Below, one piece after another: positions 14,044 through 33,250 of a stretch of 64,000 bases of DNA (position 1 is its first letter; every line of letters begins with the position of its first letter). The translations under genes were made by a program, and so were the position numbers. The stretch lies in NCBI RefSeq assembly GCF_009914755.1, contig NC_060925.1; one strand, written 5' to 3'. Below the pieces are notes generated by a model. That model searched no databases. It was not told where the DNA came from and saw only the letters and a program-made list of their open reading frames with translations. Origin of the DNA: the human T2T-CHM13v2.0 reference genome, Homo sapiens.

Positions 14044-17000
14044 GCTTTTTATTTTAGATTCAGAAACTACATGTGCAGTATTGTTAAACGGATATAGTAT
14101 ATAATGCTGGGATTTGGTCTTCTATTGATCCCATCACCCAAAGAGTGACCATAATACCAAATAAGTTACGTTTCAATTGTTTTTTCCTCCTGTCATCCTC
14201 CTCCCTTTTGGAGTCCCCAGAATCTATTGTTTACATCTTTATGTCTGTATGTACCCATCGTTTAGCTCCTACTTACAAGTGAGAATATGTGGTATTTGAT
14301 TTTTTGTTTCTGCATTAATTCACTTAGGATAATGGCCCCCAGCTCCATCCGTGTTGCTGCAAAGGACGTGATTTCACTGTTTTTTTATGGTTGCATAGTA
14401 TTCCATGCTGTATATGTACCATATTTGCTTTATCCAATCCACCATTGATGGGCACCTAGGTTGATTCCATGTCCTTGCCTTTGCGAATCGTGCTGTGATA
14501 AACATGTGAGTGCAGGTGCCTTTTTGGTACAAATGATTTCTTTTCCTTTGGGTAGATACCCAATAATAGGATTGCTGGGTGGAATGGTAGTTTTTTGTTT
14601 AGTTCTTTGAGGAATTTCTAAACTGCTTTTCATGGGGGCTGAACTATATTACATTCCCACCAACAGTGTATAAGCATTCCCTTTCTCCCCATTCTTGACA
14701 ACATCTGTTATTTTTTACTTTTTAATAAGAGCCATTTTGACTGGTGTGAGATGCTAACTTATTGTGGTTTTAATTTACATTTCTCTGATGATTAGTGATG
14801 TTGAGCATTTTTTCATATGCTTCTTGGCCATTTGTATGTCTTCTTTTGAGAATTGTCTGTTAGTGTCCTTTGCCCACTTTTTAATGGAGTTATTTGATTT
14901 TTTTTCTTGTTGATTTAAGTTCCTTATAGATTCTGAATATTATTCCTTTGTGGAATGCATAGTTTGCAAATATTGTCTTCCATTCTGTAGGTTGTCCATT
15001 TACTCTATTGATAATTTATTTTGCCCTGCAGAAGTCCTTTACTTTAATTAGGTCCCAGTTGTACATTTTTGTTTTTGTTGCATTTGCTTTTGAGGTCTTA
15101 GTTATAAATTTTTGCCTAGGCCAGAAGAGTATTTCCTAGGTTTTGTTCTAATATTTTTTACAGATTGAAGTCTTACATTTACATCTTTAAATGTAAAACT
15201 TACATTTAAAGATTACATTACAAATGTAATATTGAGCTAATTTTTTATATGGTGAGAGGTAGAAGTCCAGTTTCATTCTTCTGCATATAGCTAGCTAGTT
15301 TTTCCAGCATCATTTATTAAATAGGTTGTCCTTTCCCCATAGTTTATTTTTGTTGACTTTGTCAAAGACTAGTTGGTTGTAGATATATACAGCTTTGTTT
15401 CTGGGTTCTCTAATTTGTTCCATTGGTCTATGTGTCTATTTTTTTTTTTAACAAATACCATGCTGCTTTGTTTACTGTGGCCTTATAGTATAGTTTGAAG
15501 TTGGGTAATGTGGTGCCTCCATCTTTATTCTTTTTGCTTAGGATTGCTTTGGATGTTCAGGTTCTTCTCTTGTTTCATACAAATTTTGAATTGTTTTTTC
15601 TGATTCTGTAAAAAATGACATTGGCAGTTTGATAAAAATTGTGTTAAATCTGTAGATTGCTTTGGGCAGTATGGACATTTTAACAATATTGATTATTCTA
15701 TTCCATGAGAATAGAATAATGTTTTTCTTTTTGTTTATGTCTTCTATGATTTCTTTCATCGGTGTTTTCTAGTTTTCCTTGTAGAGATATTTTACCTCCT
15801 TGGTTAAATGTACTCCTAGATATCTTTTGTGTATGTGTGGCTATTGTAAATGGGATTGTGTTCTTGATTTGGTTCTCAGCTTGAGCTTTGAACATTATTG
15901 GTATATAGGAATGCTATTGATTTTTGTACATTGATTTTGAATTCTGAAACTTTACTGAAGTCATTTATCAGGTACAGGAGTCTTTTGGAGGAGTCTTTAG
16001 AGTTTTGTAGGTATACAATTATATCATTAGCAAACAGAGATAATTTGACTTCCTCTTTTCCTATTTATATATTTATTGCTTTCTCTTGCCTGATTGCTCT
16101 GATTAGGACTTCCAGTATGATGTTGAATAGGAGTGGTGAAAGTGGGTATTCTTGTCTTGTTCCAGTTCTTAGGGAGAATGCTTCCAACTTTTACCCATTC
16201 AGTATATTAGCTGTGGGTTTGTCATAGACGACTCTTACCATTTTGAGATAAGTTCCTTTGATGACTATTTTTTTGAGGGTTTTTATCATGAAGCAATGTT
16301 GAATTTTATCAGTGCTTTTTCTATGTCTACTGAGATGATCATATCGTTTTCATTTTTAATTCTGTTTATGTGGTGAATCACATTTATTGATTTGCATATA
16401 TTAAACCATCCTTGCATCCTAGAAATAAAGTGCCCTTGGCATGATGAATTATTTTTTTGATGTGTTATTGGATTCAGTTTGCTACTATTTTGTTGAAGAT
16501 TTCTGTGTCTATGTTCATCAGGAATATTGGCCTGTAGTTTTCCTTTTTTGTTGTGTCCTTGCCAGATTTTGGTATCAGGATGATGCTGCTTTCAAAGAAT
16601 GAGTTGGAGAGGAATGCCCCCCTCCTCTCTTAGAATAGTTTCATTAGGATTGGTAGTAGTTGTTCTTTGTATGTCTGGTAGAATTCAGCTGTGAAGCTAT
16701 TTGGTCCAAGGCTTTTTTTTAATAAGTTTTTATTACTGATTCAGTTTTGTCACTTATTATTGGTTTGCTCAGAGTTTCAATTTCTCCCTCCCTCAATCTT
16801 TGGAGGTTGTGTGTTTCCAGGAATTTATTCATTTCCTGTAGATTCTCTAGTTTACATGCGTAGAGACATTCATAGTAGTCTCTGCGGGTCTTTCGTATTT
16901 CTGTGAGATTAGTTGTGATGCTGCCTTTGTCATTCTTGATTGTGATTATTTGGATCTTCTTTTATTTTCCTAGCTGGTGGTCTATCAATCTTGCTTATCT

Positions 17001-17352
17001 ATCAAAAAAACACTTTTCCTTTTGTTGATCCTTTGTACGGATTTTTTGGTCTCGATTTCATTTAGTTCTGCTCTGATTTTAGTGCTTTCTTTTCTTCTAG
17101 TTTTGGGTTTAATTTGTTCTTGTTTTTCTAGTTCCTTTAGGTGCAACGTTAGGTTGTTAATTGAGATCTAATTTCTTGATGTAGGCATTTAGTGCCACAA
17201 ACTTTCCTCTTAACACTGTTTAGTCATATCCCAGAGGTTTTTTGTACATTACATCTCTATTTTCATTTCTTTTAATGAGTTTTTTTATTTATGCTTTAAT
17301 TTCATTGTTTACCCAAAAGTCATTCGGAAGCAAGGTGTTTAGTTTTCATGTA
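14044..17352 (-). mobile_element. 5'-truncated LINE-1, older primate subfamily (L1PA15/16-like), 3.3 kb
   Basis: Continuous antisense L1 3'UTR and ORF2 (translated fragment [32 protein letters not shown] at 15538-15759). TSD TAGAGGAAACAT at 14032-14043 and 17353-17364, followed by TTTAAAA (canonical TT/AAAA endonuclease site on the minus strand). Confidence 0.9.
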
Positions 17353-17469
17353 TAGAGGAAACATTTTAAAAAGCTATCTAGCAGAATGCTTCCTCATTCC
17401 TAGGGGACTCACTTCCTGGTTCCTCAACTGCTTCTGATGTTTCTTCTTATCTAAAAAAATAAAATACTG

Positions 17470-18341
17470 TGTACAATAATCTTTTAATTAAAGCACGGCA
17501 TTATAGGTGCTGAGTGAAAGCCTGCCATTATTTGTTGCTGCTGTTGTTTAGCAGCTGAGGCAGGTATTCTGGTGACTCTACTGTGCTGCTTGGTTACCCT
17601 GAATACATTATTTTTTTCCTCTGTGTTAATGGTATGTTATGTTTTTTACTGTTAAGTACTTATGTGAGAATAAGAGTAAGAAAATGATTGCTTATCAGTA
17701 GCAAATAAATTCAGAGTCAGGAATGATGGTAATGCCAAACAACTACAGATTGTCCATGTAGGTGCTGAGATAGTGACACCTTTGCTTTCTGAGGCTTCAC
17801 TGTACACAAACTTTGTTTCATGCACAAATTATTCAAAGTGTTATATAAAACTACCTTCAGCCTATGTGTATAAGGTATATATAAAACATAAATGAATTTT
17901 GTATTTAGACTTGGGTATCATTTCCAAGATATCTCATTATGTACAGTCATGCATCGCTTAACAATGGAAATACATTCTAAGAAATGCATTGTTAGGCAAT
18001 TTCTTTGTTGTGCAAATATTATAGAGCTTATACATACCTAGATGGCATAGCCTACTACACATATAGGCTACATGATATAACCTATTGCTCCTAGGCTACA
18101 AACCTGTACAACATGTTACTGTACTGAATACTTTAGGCAATTATAACAGATCATTAAATATGAGTATTATGATATGTTATTATAATCTTACAGGACCACC
18201 ATTGCATATGTGGTCTATCATAGACCAAATAATGTTTATGTGGTGCCTGACTGAATATGCAAATATTCTAATATCTGAAAAAAATCTAAAATCTGAAACA
18301 CCGCTGGTCCCAAATATTTTATATAGGGAATACTCAACCTC
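17470..18341 (+). mobile_element. Tigger4 (Zombi) DNA transposon 3' portion
   Basis: Ends in a Tigger4-type terminus AATCTGAAACACCGCTGGTCCCAAATATTTTATATAGGGAATACTCAACCT; internal ACACAAACTTTGTTTCATGCACAAA...AGATATCTCATTATGTA. Split by Tigger3a. Confidence 0.75.
17944..18253 (+). mobile_element. Tigger3a/MER7-like (Golem) MITE nested in Tigger4
   Basis: Starts TA|CAGTCATGCATCGCTTAAC and ends GGTGCCTGACTG (inverted terminal match CAGTCA). Internal CCTAGATGGCATAGCCTACTACAC and GCTCCTAGGCTACAAACCTGTACA are typical of MER7. Confidence 0.8.
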
Positions 18342-18447
18342 CACATTCAAATACTCCATGTATATTGCTAGTAAAACTTCCCCAAATTACCATATGCATG
18401 ATAGTCCAGATTATCATTCAGAAAATACTCACTCAACTCTTTTCTAT

Positions 18448-18846
18448 TGTGAGAAGACATACTTTCCCACCCTATTCTTGTTGGCTGGGCTTAGCCATGT
18501 GATTTGATTTGTCCAATGGAATGTCAGCAAATGGGACATGGGGAAAGGCTTAAAATGTGTCTGTGCAATGGGGCTTGTTTGCTTGGGCTCTTGCCATTGT
18601 CATGGGAAGAACTACTCATGCCTTGGGTAGCTAACTGGTACAAAATGAAAGTAGCAGGTGGGGCAGAGGCACTCTTGCTGACCCACAGGCACAAGGAAGA
18701 AGATGAGCCATCACAGCCAACCTGCACGATCTGAAGCAGGGCACCCAGGCTGACCTGCAGATTTGTGAGCAAGATAATAGACATTTATTATTACATGCCA
18801 CTAAATTTGGGGATGGTTTATTATGCAGTGATAGCTGATTGATACA
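18448..18846 (+). mobile_element. MLT1 (ERVL-MaLR) 5' LTR (MLT1H/J-like)
   Basis: GGGCTTAGCCATGTGATTTGATTTGTCCAATGGAATG, and 3' end GCCACTAAATTTGGGGATGGTTTATTATGCAGTGATAGCTGATTGATACA. Confidence 0.75.
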
Positions 18847-19308
18847 GGAATTTATATCTACAAGCAGGTGCTTATGTTAACAAAAACTTAAAATATATGG
18901 CTCAAGGAAACTTAAACGAAGCTGAAAAATGGTGACTTGTGCTAGGTGATGGTGAAATCGTTGGTAAAATGTCTCTCATGATAATCTGTAAGGCAGAAAG
19001 TGTACCAGATGAAATGGTACAGTTGAATTCTGAGGCAAAGTGTGGAATATGAGCTGGCTTCTGTTGACTGTGCGGAATAAGATACAAGAGAGTAATAAGT
19101 TCAGAAAAGAATTGGCTTGGGTACAAACAGAATTAAGAGGAAAAATAAAGAGCCTAAAAATTTCAGAACTAGAAGGGTTGGAAAACAAAACTCTTTCTTA
19201 CCAAATCAAAATGTGACCCATATGACACAATTTCAGGGAAAAATCCAACCCAGGCTACTTTCAGTAAGATTTTAAACCTGTAACACTCTTTATTAAAACC
19301 CCTTAAAG

Positions 19309-19884
<576 letters not shown>

Positions 19885-19918
19885 GGTGGTTCTGTCTGTC
19901 TCCAGCAGGGTGACAGAC

Positions 19919-20268
<350 letters not shown>

Positions 20269-20307
20269 TCAAAGGATGAAGATGTTCTATATTAGAACTT
20301 TTATCTG

Positions 20308-20637
<330 letters not shown>

Positions 20638-20772
20638 CTAGAAAGTCTAATGATGCAGTTCTACAGAAGCCTGATGATCACAGAGTACTAAAAGCTAAGT
20701 AGGGGCGAAGGATGAGAAGAAAGGTGTTTCTCAAGAAGTATTGTTGTGATGATTTTTGGTACATACATTTGA

Positions 20773-23191
<2,419 letters not shown>

Positions 23192-24079
23192 AGAAAGACC
23201 ATAATGTTTTTGAGAGAGTTGTATTGGCAAAAGTGTTACGAGCCTGGACTAAAATAGTCTAAGACTGTGAAAGACATTATAAGATCTCTGGACCTCCAAA
23301 TTTCTATAAGCAGGAAGCCAACTTAAATAGCTATTCAACTACCAAAAAGGGTATGTTCTCCCATACTATCCTCAGAAATGGCCAAAGAGCTGGATGGATA
23401 GAGAAGGAACTTCAAAATGGAGAAACCAAGAGCTAGGGACAATGGTGGACTAGAATATGATATTACAATCTTATGGGACCTGCCACTTTCCCAGGGGCCT
23501 AATTAATTAGGGCCTAATTGAAGGACATTTCTCACTCTCAAGGTAGGGGAAATTAGCAAAAACTCAGAATATTAAGGATCATTGGCTTCACCATTCCTTG
23601 TTCTTCCCCTTTTTAAACAGAGATGTGTATTGTAGTTGTGCCGTCCTTGTTCAACCGTTTAATGTTGGGTGTGTCATGGCAATTAACTTGTCATTTTTTT
23701 GCACCTAGATTTTTAGGTTAAGAGGAGCATACCCAGTCTGACATAAATTGTAAGATCAGATATAAGATCTGATAAAAATTGTAAGGACTTTGAGCCTGTT
23801 TTATAATTTGCTGAGACTTTGTGGGATCTTGGTAAGGTATATTTTATATGTGCAAGGGACCTGAATATTTATGAACAAGAGATCAGACTGGAACAGCTTG
23901 GATTATTGCTCAGCAGAGAATCACTACCCTCTCCGAGACTTCATCAAGGCTTAATATGTGCCAGGACATTAGGACTTGACATCTGCTCTTCATCCACCAC
24001 CATAAGAACAAGCCCCAGATAGCCCAATCACCCCAGATAAATAAGAAATATGTGGAGCAGAGCTGAAAAAGGCATGCTG

Positions 24080-26730
<2,651 letters not shown>

Positions 26731-27200
26731 TGTGTCAGTTTGGATTCTCAAAGATGCAGATATCAAGACAGTGTAAGAAAGGCAAGCAAATCACTGCGGA
26801 TAATACCTATGAAAAATATAGGAGCAAAGGAGCAGGAGTCAGCAGGGGTGACCTTCAGACTGCAATGCAAATCCATCATCCCTGAAAGGATAGAAGGAAG
26901 GAAGGAGGATGTGGTGGGAAGAGCCTCAGAAGACTGCCATGGAGCTCTGAAAAAGTTTTGGCGGTATGCATGTTGGGCAGAAATGGCAAAGTCTTATTCC
27001 CGTGCCTACATATGTACCCTTATGCTCAGTTCTTGGCTGTAGCCAATGGAGGAGTGTATCTCCTCAGCTCAAATACCATGCAAGGGATAATTTCCCCTTT
27101 TTAAGCCACCAGAGAACTCTTTGGCCAACATGCTGCAGCTGGAGACTGTTGGCTCACAGCATTCGTCGTGAAAGCTTCCCTCTTATGAGATGATCTGAGC
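26731..27200 (-). mobile_element. LTR16-family (ERVL) 5' LTR
   Basis: TGTGTCAGTTTGGATTCTCAAAGATGCAGA...GGATAATACCTATGAAAAAT...CCTTCAGACTGCAATGCA matches antisense LTR16. Minus-strand junction ACTGACACA|GTTGTCACCAGAACTGG resembles the LTR/PBS boundary. Confidence 0.7.
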
Positions 27201-27289
27201 AGTGCCTGTTCTCCTAGAGGATAGCAGCAGCCCTGCAGAACAGGCCCAGAGAGCTTTCCAGTCCATTCATATCAACAGAATCAAATATA

Positions 27290-27790
27290 TATATCAATCT
27301 TGCTATGTTTATTGTAGGCCTACTATGTGTCAAATAGACTTGGTTCACAGTGATACAAAAATGACTAATGCATTGTCTGCTTTGTCACTCAGAGCCTGCA
27401 GAGAACTAAGACACATAAAATATTAAATATGGCACAATGCTTGGGCACAGTTGCTCATGCCTATAGTCCCAGCTACTCGGGAGGCTGAGGTGGGAGGATC
27501 ACTTGAGCCCAGAAATTAAAGGTTGCAGTGAGCTATAATTATGCCACTGAGCTCCAGCCTGGATGACAGAGTGAGACCCTGTCTCAAAAAGAAATAAATA
27601 AGACACGATGTTGAAATTAGTGCAGTGCAAGTATGTATAACGATCTTAGGAGCACAAATAAGAGCTTGATTCTTTCTGCCTTGACCAGTCAGGGAAGGCT
27701 TCATAGAGAGGGGGTGATCAAAAGAAGAGCAAGAGTTTGTCCAGCAGGTCATAGGGCCAGGGCATTACAGGCAGAGGAAACTGTGTCCTC
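27290..27790 (-). mobile_element. L2 LINE fragment (split by an Alu monomer)
   Basis: TTTATTGTAGGCCTACTATGTGTCAAA...GATACAAAAATGA and CAGGGAAGGCTTCATAGAGAGGGGGTGA...GGCATTACAGGCAGAGGAAAC. Confidence 0.6.
27439..27600 (+). mobile_element. Alu monomer (FRAM/FAM-like)
   Basis: Single right-arm-type monomer with A-tail; degenerate TSD AAATATGGCACAATG / AAATAAGACACGATG. Confidence 0.82.
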
Positions 27791-28240
27791 AGAGCACCTA
27801 ACACACTCACTTAGCTATGGTAGGAGCCCAATGACTATATGCTGAAATAAGCATGGTGCTCAAAGTGGGAATCTTTAAGCTGCCAGCTACAGAAACTAAC
27901 TCAAGTACAGTGAGGCATTTTAAGGGTCCCTAGAAATCTCATAGTGTGTAAACACCAAAAATTTAAAAATACGTACAGCTGGGTCCCATGGGAATTTTAA
28001 TTGAGTACTGGAAAAGCATCTGAACTGAAGCCCTTTCCGCATCTCTGTGTCCCACAGCAGCCACGTGCCCCCACTCTCCTCAGCACGTCTGCTCCAAGTC
28101 TCTCTACAAACTGGATCTATCACTTCTCAGCTGTCTACGACTCAACCCAGTCATCTCTCTCTCTCTCCTAGTCTACATGACCTTCTAGCTCCAGCACTCT
28201 CTGTAAGTTAAAAACAGATGCCACATTCTATGTGTCTCAC

Positions 28241-28445
28241 TGTAGTGATGTGTGCAACTTACTTTCACATGCATTAAAAAATAAGATATATTGATGGATC
28301 ACTAGAAGAACGGCTAGAGAGATAGATATGTAATAAAATAGATGGTGAAATGTTAATCATTGAATCCTATGGTGGCTTTAGAAGTATTTAATGTGTAATT
28401 TTTTCAAATTTTCTAAATGTTTCATAACAAAATGATGGGGGGAAG
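28241..28445 (+). mobile_element. Old L1 3' end (L1ME/L1MC-like)
   Basis: TGTGCAACTTACTTTCACATGC...AAATGTTAATCATTGAATC...TTTCATAACAAAATGATGGGGG. Confidence 0.55.
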
Positions 28446-31364
28446 CAAACAAATTCTCAAGAGGGGGAATCTGATTGGCCCAGGTTATCTCTGTGCTGGG
28501 CCACATGAGTCCTAGGTTAGGTAATGAGTTGGCTGGCTACCTTTTAATCAGGTTCAAATCAGGTTTGAGTCCTGGTTCAGTCAGCCATGGCTCTGGGGAC
28601 AAGAAGTTCCATGATACAGCAGGCTGCTTCTGCAACAGGCTGTGTGTGAGGCTAACACTGTGAAACATGCCTCCATACCAGGTTTAATGGAAATAAGGGA
28701 AGAAATAAACAGAGGAACTAGATTTCTACCATACTCAGGATGAGAACACTGTATCTATGTATGTAAACCTTTGGGGGCCAAGAGGAAAGGAAAAACTATA
28801 CAGTTACTCTAAAAAGGGAGTCTGCTGCTCAGAAAAGGGAGTCTCTGCCCCTTCTTTTGCTCACCTCCTCTGACCTTCATGCCACCAAAAATTCTGTCAC
28901 CTAGAGGGAATGCATTTCCAGTCTCAGCAACAGGCAGATTGGTATTATCTGCCAGGAAGTGGTGAGTTTTGATTTAAGGATCTCTTAGGTAAGGAATAGA
29001 ATGAAATGCAAGCAAGGCCAGGGTGAGGACAGAGGGTGGCAGGATGCAGGAGAAACATATAGAATAAAACAATTTTTATCCACTGACAAAATATAGATGG
29101 TGAACTCAGAAGTTTTCCGCCATAATAAACAAGAAGAAGAAGTGCAAGAAGTGGACATATAACTTTATGACCTGAGAAATTGAATTGCCTCTTACAGATT
29201 TTTACTTTTTGCTGGACAACGAAGAACTTCGTCATCTCAGTCAAGGATGGGTCATAAAAGCCACTGGAAGGAGAGGAATCAGCCCTGTCTGATTAGAATC
29301 CGGGAGGTCTTAGTTTGCAGGCCATGCTTTATATATCTGAGCTTCACCCAGTGGAAGCTCTGAGCTCTGTGAATTACAGTGCTTCACAGCCACAAAAGCC
29401 CTGTCTCACCCATCATAAACACCAGGGAAAGACAAGGCCACCCTCTACAATCGGTAGCCTGAGAGAGATAGCAAGCCCAGACACAACAGGGCACAGAAGA
29501 CAGCTGCGGAGCCCCCACTAGTGATGGCAGCTGGACCCAGGCCTGTAGCTAATTAAGATTTGAGATCCCACTAAAGGGAGATTCCTTCACTCACCCCAAC
29601 CTACCATGGGCTATATTGAGTAATACAACTTATCATATGAACACAGCTCACCTTACAAAAGACGAAACACATCATCTTCTATATCTATCCTAGATAGGAA
29701 AGGAATGAAGTAGACATGAGAGAGTCAGAAAAGATTTGGTCCTTGTACAGTCCTGCCAATTACTGGAATTTGAATTCAAGCTCCAAATTACTCAGTTCTA
29801 CTTACTTTATTTTCTAAACATTTTTTGAAGCTTTCACCTCTTCTCTGTCTCCTTTGCCCCTTCTCTGTCCCTGCCAGCCCTGTCCTGGTCTTTCAGATGG
29901 ATTATAGTGGCTGACCAACTATCTTCCCTGGCTCCAGTAGGGTTTCCTCCAAGCCATATTCTGTAAACTGTTAGCAGAAGATGTTTGGAAGGAAAACCTG
30001 GTGAAGGTTCTACCCTTCAGTGGAGCTTCACATCTTTCAGTAAATTCCATTTTCCTGAAGATAAAGTTCAAATTGGTTGACTTGACATTCATGGTCTTCT
30101 GTAACCTCCTCATAGAAACCATTGTGTATCCTTAGGGTGGGCTGAGTTCCCTGCATCTGTGCTTCCAGACCCCCCTGGGTATAATGCTGATATTGCAATA
30201 GTATAACAGGAGATGCTTTTCCCTTGTGGGATGTAAGATTGCAAAGTTTGGTTATTGTTCTCTATTAGGATGGAAGGAGCTGATACATGACTGAAGAGAC
30301 AGACGAAGCCCAGTTGAGGGATTGACTTGGACTCACTATGGACGGAAATAAATCTGTGTAACCATCTAAAGCCTCTTCTCCAATTTCTAACCAGGCAACC
30401 GGGTCCAACCTGCCTCACAGACTTTACTATTCTAAAAGATATTTTTGTCGTTTTCTAAAAACTGCCCCCAGGCAATGGAATCTGGATGGAATTTGGGTTC
30501 CTTGAGGCTGGGAATACAACGGGGAATCTCTCCCTGGATCTACAGGAAATATAGGGAGGTTTAATCAGTCTAGAAAGGGAAGAATTGGAAATGACAGGAC
30601 ATCAGGATAAATAGAAGGGAAGGTCAAGACCTGAGGGACCAGAGGCTGGAACAAAAATCACACATAAGGAACAAATTTGATAGGAAGGTACGGGTGACAA
30701 CTAGAGGGTGGCTTGAACAACAGGCTCAGAAGCCAAATGGCAGTTGTATCTTAGTTTTAAGTGTAAATGAATACGTGACAGGGAAGATTGAGGGCATCTT
30801 TAAAAACTATGACAAAACAAACAATACTTTAGGAAAGGTAAAACATTTCAGGGTCTTGCAATGAGGACCCCACTCTAAAAGAATTAAATTTATCATGAAA
30901 TTAGTGAACCTAAAGCTTCAGGGCCTTTCACGTGCATGTCTCCCTTTTAAGGCTCTAAATATAATTTTTATTTGTAATTTTATATTATTTGTCTTGTATT
31001 ACCTTCAGGCCCCACAAAATCTGTAACACCTCTACCTTTTAGCATTGCCAAGCTAGGTAATTTAATAAGGTTAGCCAGAGTTTTCTATGTCAAGCATACA
31101 AGTATTACTCTCATCAGAGTATGTCTCAAGATAGGAGTCAATAAACCCTTAACCAAAACTGCCAAGCACAAAGGAGCTTGTATGTCTAAGCAAAGGCAAG
31201 GAAACCGGAAGAATATCAGGATCCAGGAATGCCCTTTCTAGCCTCCACTGAGTAATGGTCATCAAATAGCTCACCTAGTAACATCACTTGAGAATCAGAG
31301 CTTATAAAGCAGGGAAAAAGGAATTATGTGTATGAAAACCAGAGTGATACAACTAAGGAAGTAT

Positions 31365-31520
31365 CTGTGTGTGTGCGCATGCGTGTGTGTGTGACAGAGA
31401 GAAAAAGAGGAGAGAAAGGGAAAAAAGGAGAGGGGAAATGAAAGAGATAAAGTAAGATATAGAGACAGTGAACATATATGGAAATAGAGGGTTCAGAAGG
31501 AGAAAGACAAAAGGATAAAG
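31365..31520 (+). repeat. Interrupted (TG)n followed by a GA-rich low-complexity tract
   Basis: TGTGTGTGTGCGCATGCGTGTGTGTGTG then purine-rich GAGAGAAAAAGAGGAGAGAAAGGG... Confidence 0.7.
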
Positions 31521-33019
31521 TCAGTTTAATTTTAAAACTATGAACTGCACCTGCCAAATAAATTTCTCCTTCCCTTCAGTGAAGAGCAGAGTAGAATAAA
31601 AACCAATATCTTGAAAATTCAAAGAGATGGAAAAACAAAACTTAATAACAACTCAGTAATAGAACAACAAGTTCTTGTCAGTCTGGATCACTGAGGTGTC
31701 AGTCCAGACACATCAAGCAGCAGCAGGCAGGGAAGGGAACCCCATCCAAGGCATATGTGTGTATGTAAAATCAGCCTGAAATATACTTAGAGTTACATGG
31801 CTACCTTACATGTGTGATTTGAGATTTGAGAAATACCAGGGAGACACTCCAGAGCAAATACATTTCCCTCAATCAGCTAAGAGGCTGCCTGAAATTCCAT
31901 TATTAGAGCAGAACATTGGAGGTTAAACACACTTTTCATGTGGTCTTCATTCAAATGGCAAATGCCCTTGATAAGGTCAACACAATAAATTATCAGCACC
32001 GTTCCATAAATTAGGACATTTACATTCTTACAGTGATTGGAGGGCTAAATTATCCTGAAAGCCCAGGGAAGCCCGAGATGAGTTAGAAATTCAAACCAAG
32101 CTTCTGAACTTCTTGCCTCCCACATGTATGTCCCCCACTCCCCACACACATGCTATTAGAATAGTTTTGTTCCCAGGCTGCCACACAGACCTTACTATTC
32201 TAAAAGCTATTCAGTCAAACTAGTCCTGGGGCATTAGCAAAACTGGCACTGATAGAACATCCAGGCAGCCCCAGGTGCCTGGTGATGGAGCTGCCACCCT
32301 CACATTCTCATCCATGAGGAGCTGCTGAAGCCTGTCCATGCTGCTCTTGGGTTGGCAGCCACTGGAAAATTGACAAAGGAGTGAAAATCAAAAGGCAAAG
32401 TCTCATTTTCATTTGAGCATTAGGAGAGCAAATGAAAAAGATGAGAATCAAAAGGGTTTTTATTCAAGATGCTTGGTTTTGAGGAGGAGAAAAATATGGG
32501 ATATCTTCGTCCCCTTTCCAGCTCAGTGATGGTGAAAATAAAGCTCCAGGATGATCTATAATGTAAAAGTTGGGAGATGACTTTGTTTTGAGGGAAAAAC
32601 AGCTCTGGAACTTATAAATGTCAGGCAGTCTCACAGATTGCTCACAGGAGAGGAAGGCTTGGCAACAACATTGCTCAGTGCTTGACAGAATTAATGGCCA
32701 GGGAGGAGGAGGATGTACACTTGTAGACCTGACAGGATCCTTCATCAAACACAGGACCACCATGTGGAGGAGTGAGCAGCAAGGGAGGAGCCCCGTGCTG
32801 TGGGAAACAGGAAATTCAGCACAGCAGGCAACATACCAATTGGCTTTGTGGTTGTAGGAAATTGTGGGTACCCCATGAAAATGGAGACCAAGGAAGGAGA
32901 GGAAGTAGATATCACTACAGAAAAAATAGTGTTTGACTCACTGACTCTCATAGTGGAAAGGAATTTTTTTATCGGCCAATCTCGATTCTACAAATAAAAT
33001 CTAAGCAAATGACAACATC

Positions 33020-33250
33020 TAACAGGTAGTGAGCACCTACTATTGTACCAAGTGATCAAATACACAAGATACATAAATTCTCCCCTTCAATCTTCATCAT
33101 GCTTCTTCTTATAATAGGTGTTATTATCAGAATTTTACAGAACGCTAAACTGTAAACAGAGTTTAAAGGGCTTAAGTAGCTTGTCATTCAGTTAATAAGT
33201 TGTAGACCCATGTTGGTCCAGCATCTGCACTTCTAACCTCTGTGCCTTGA
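33020..33250 (-). mobile_element. MIR
   Basis: GAGCACCTACTATTGTACCAAG...ATAGGTGTTATTATCAGAATTTTACAGA...TAAGTAGCTTGTC. Confidence 0.55.

Noticed and set aside
28812-28844. 12-bp direct repeat AAAAGGGAGTCT, and similar micro-duplications near 5691, 34349 and 36740
   Set aside because: Too short and simple to separate from ordinary slippage.
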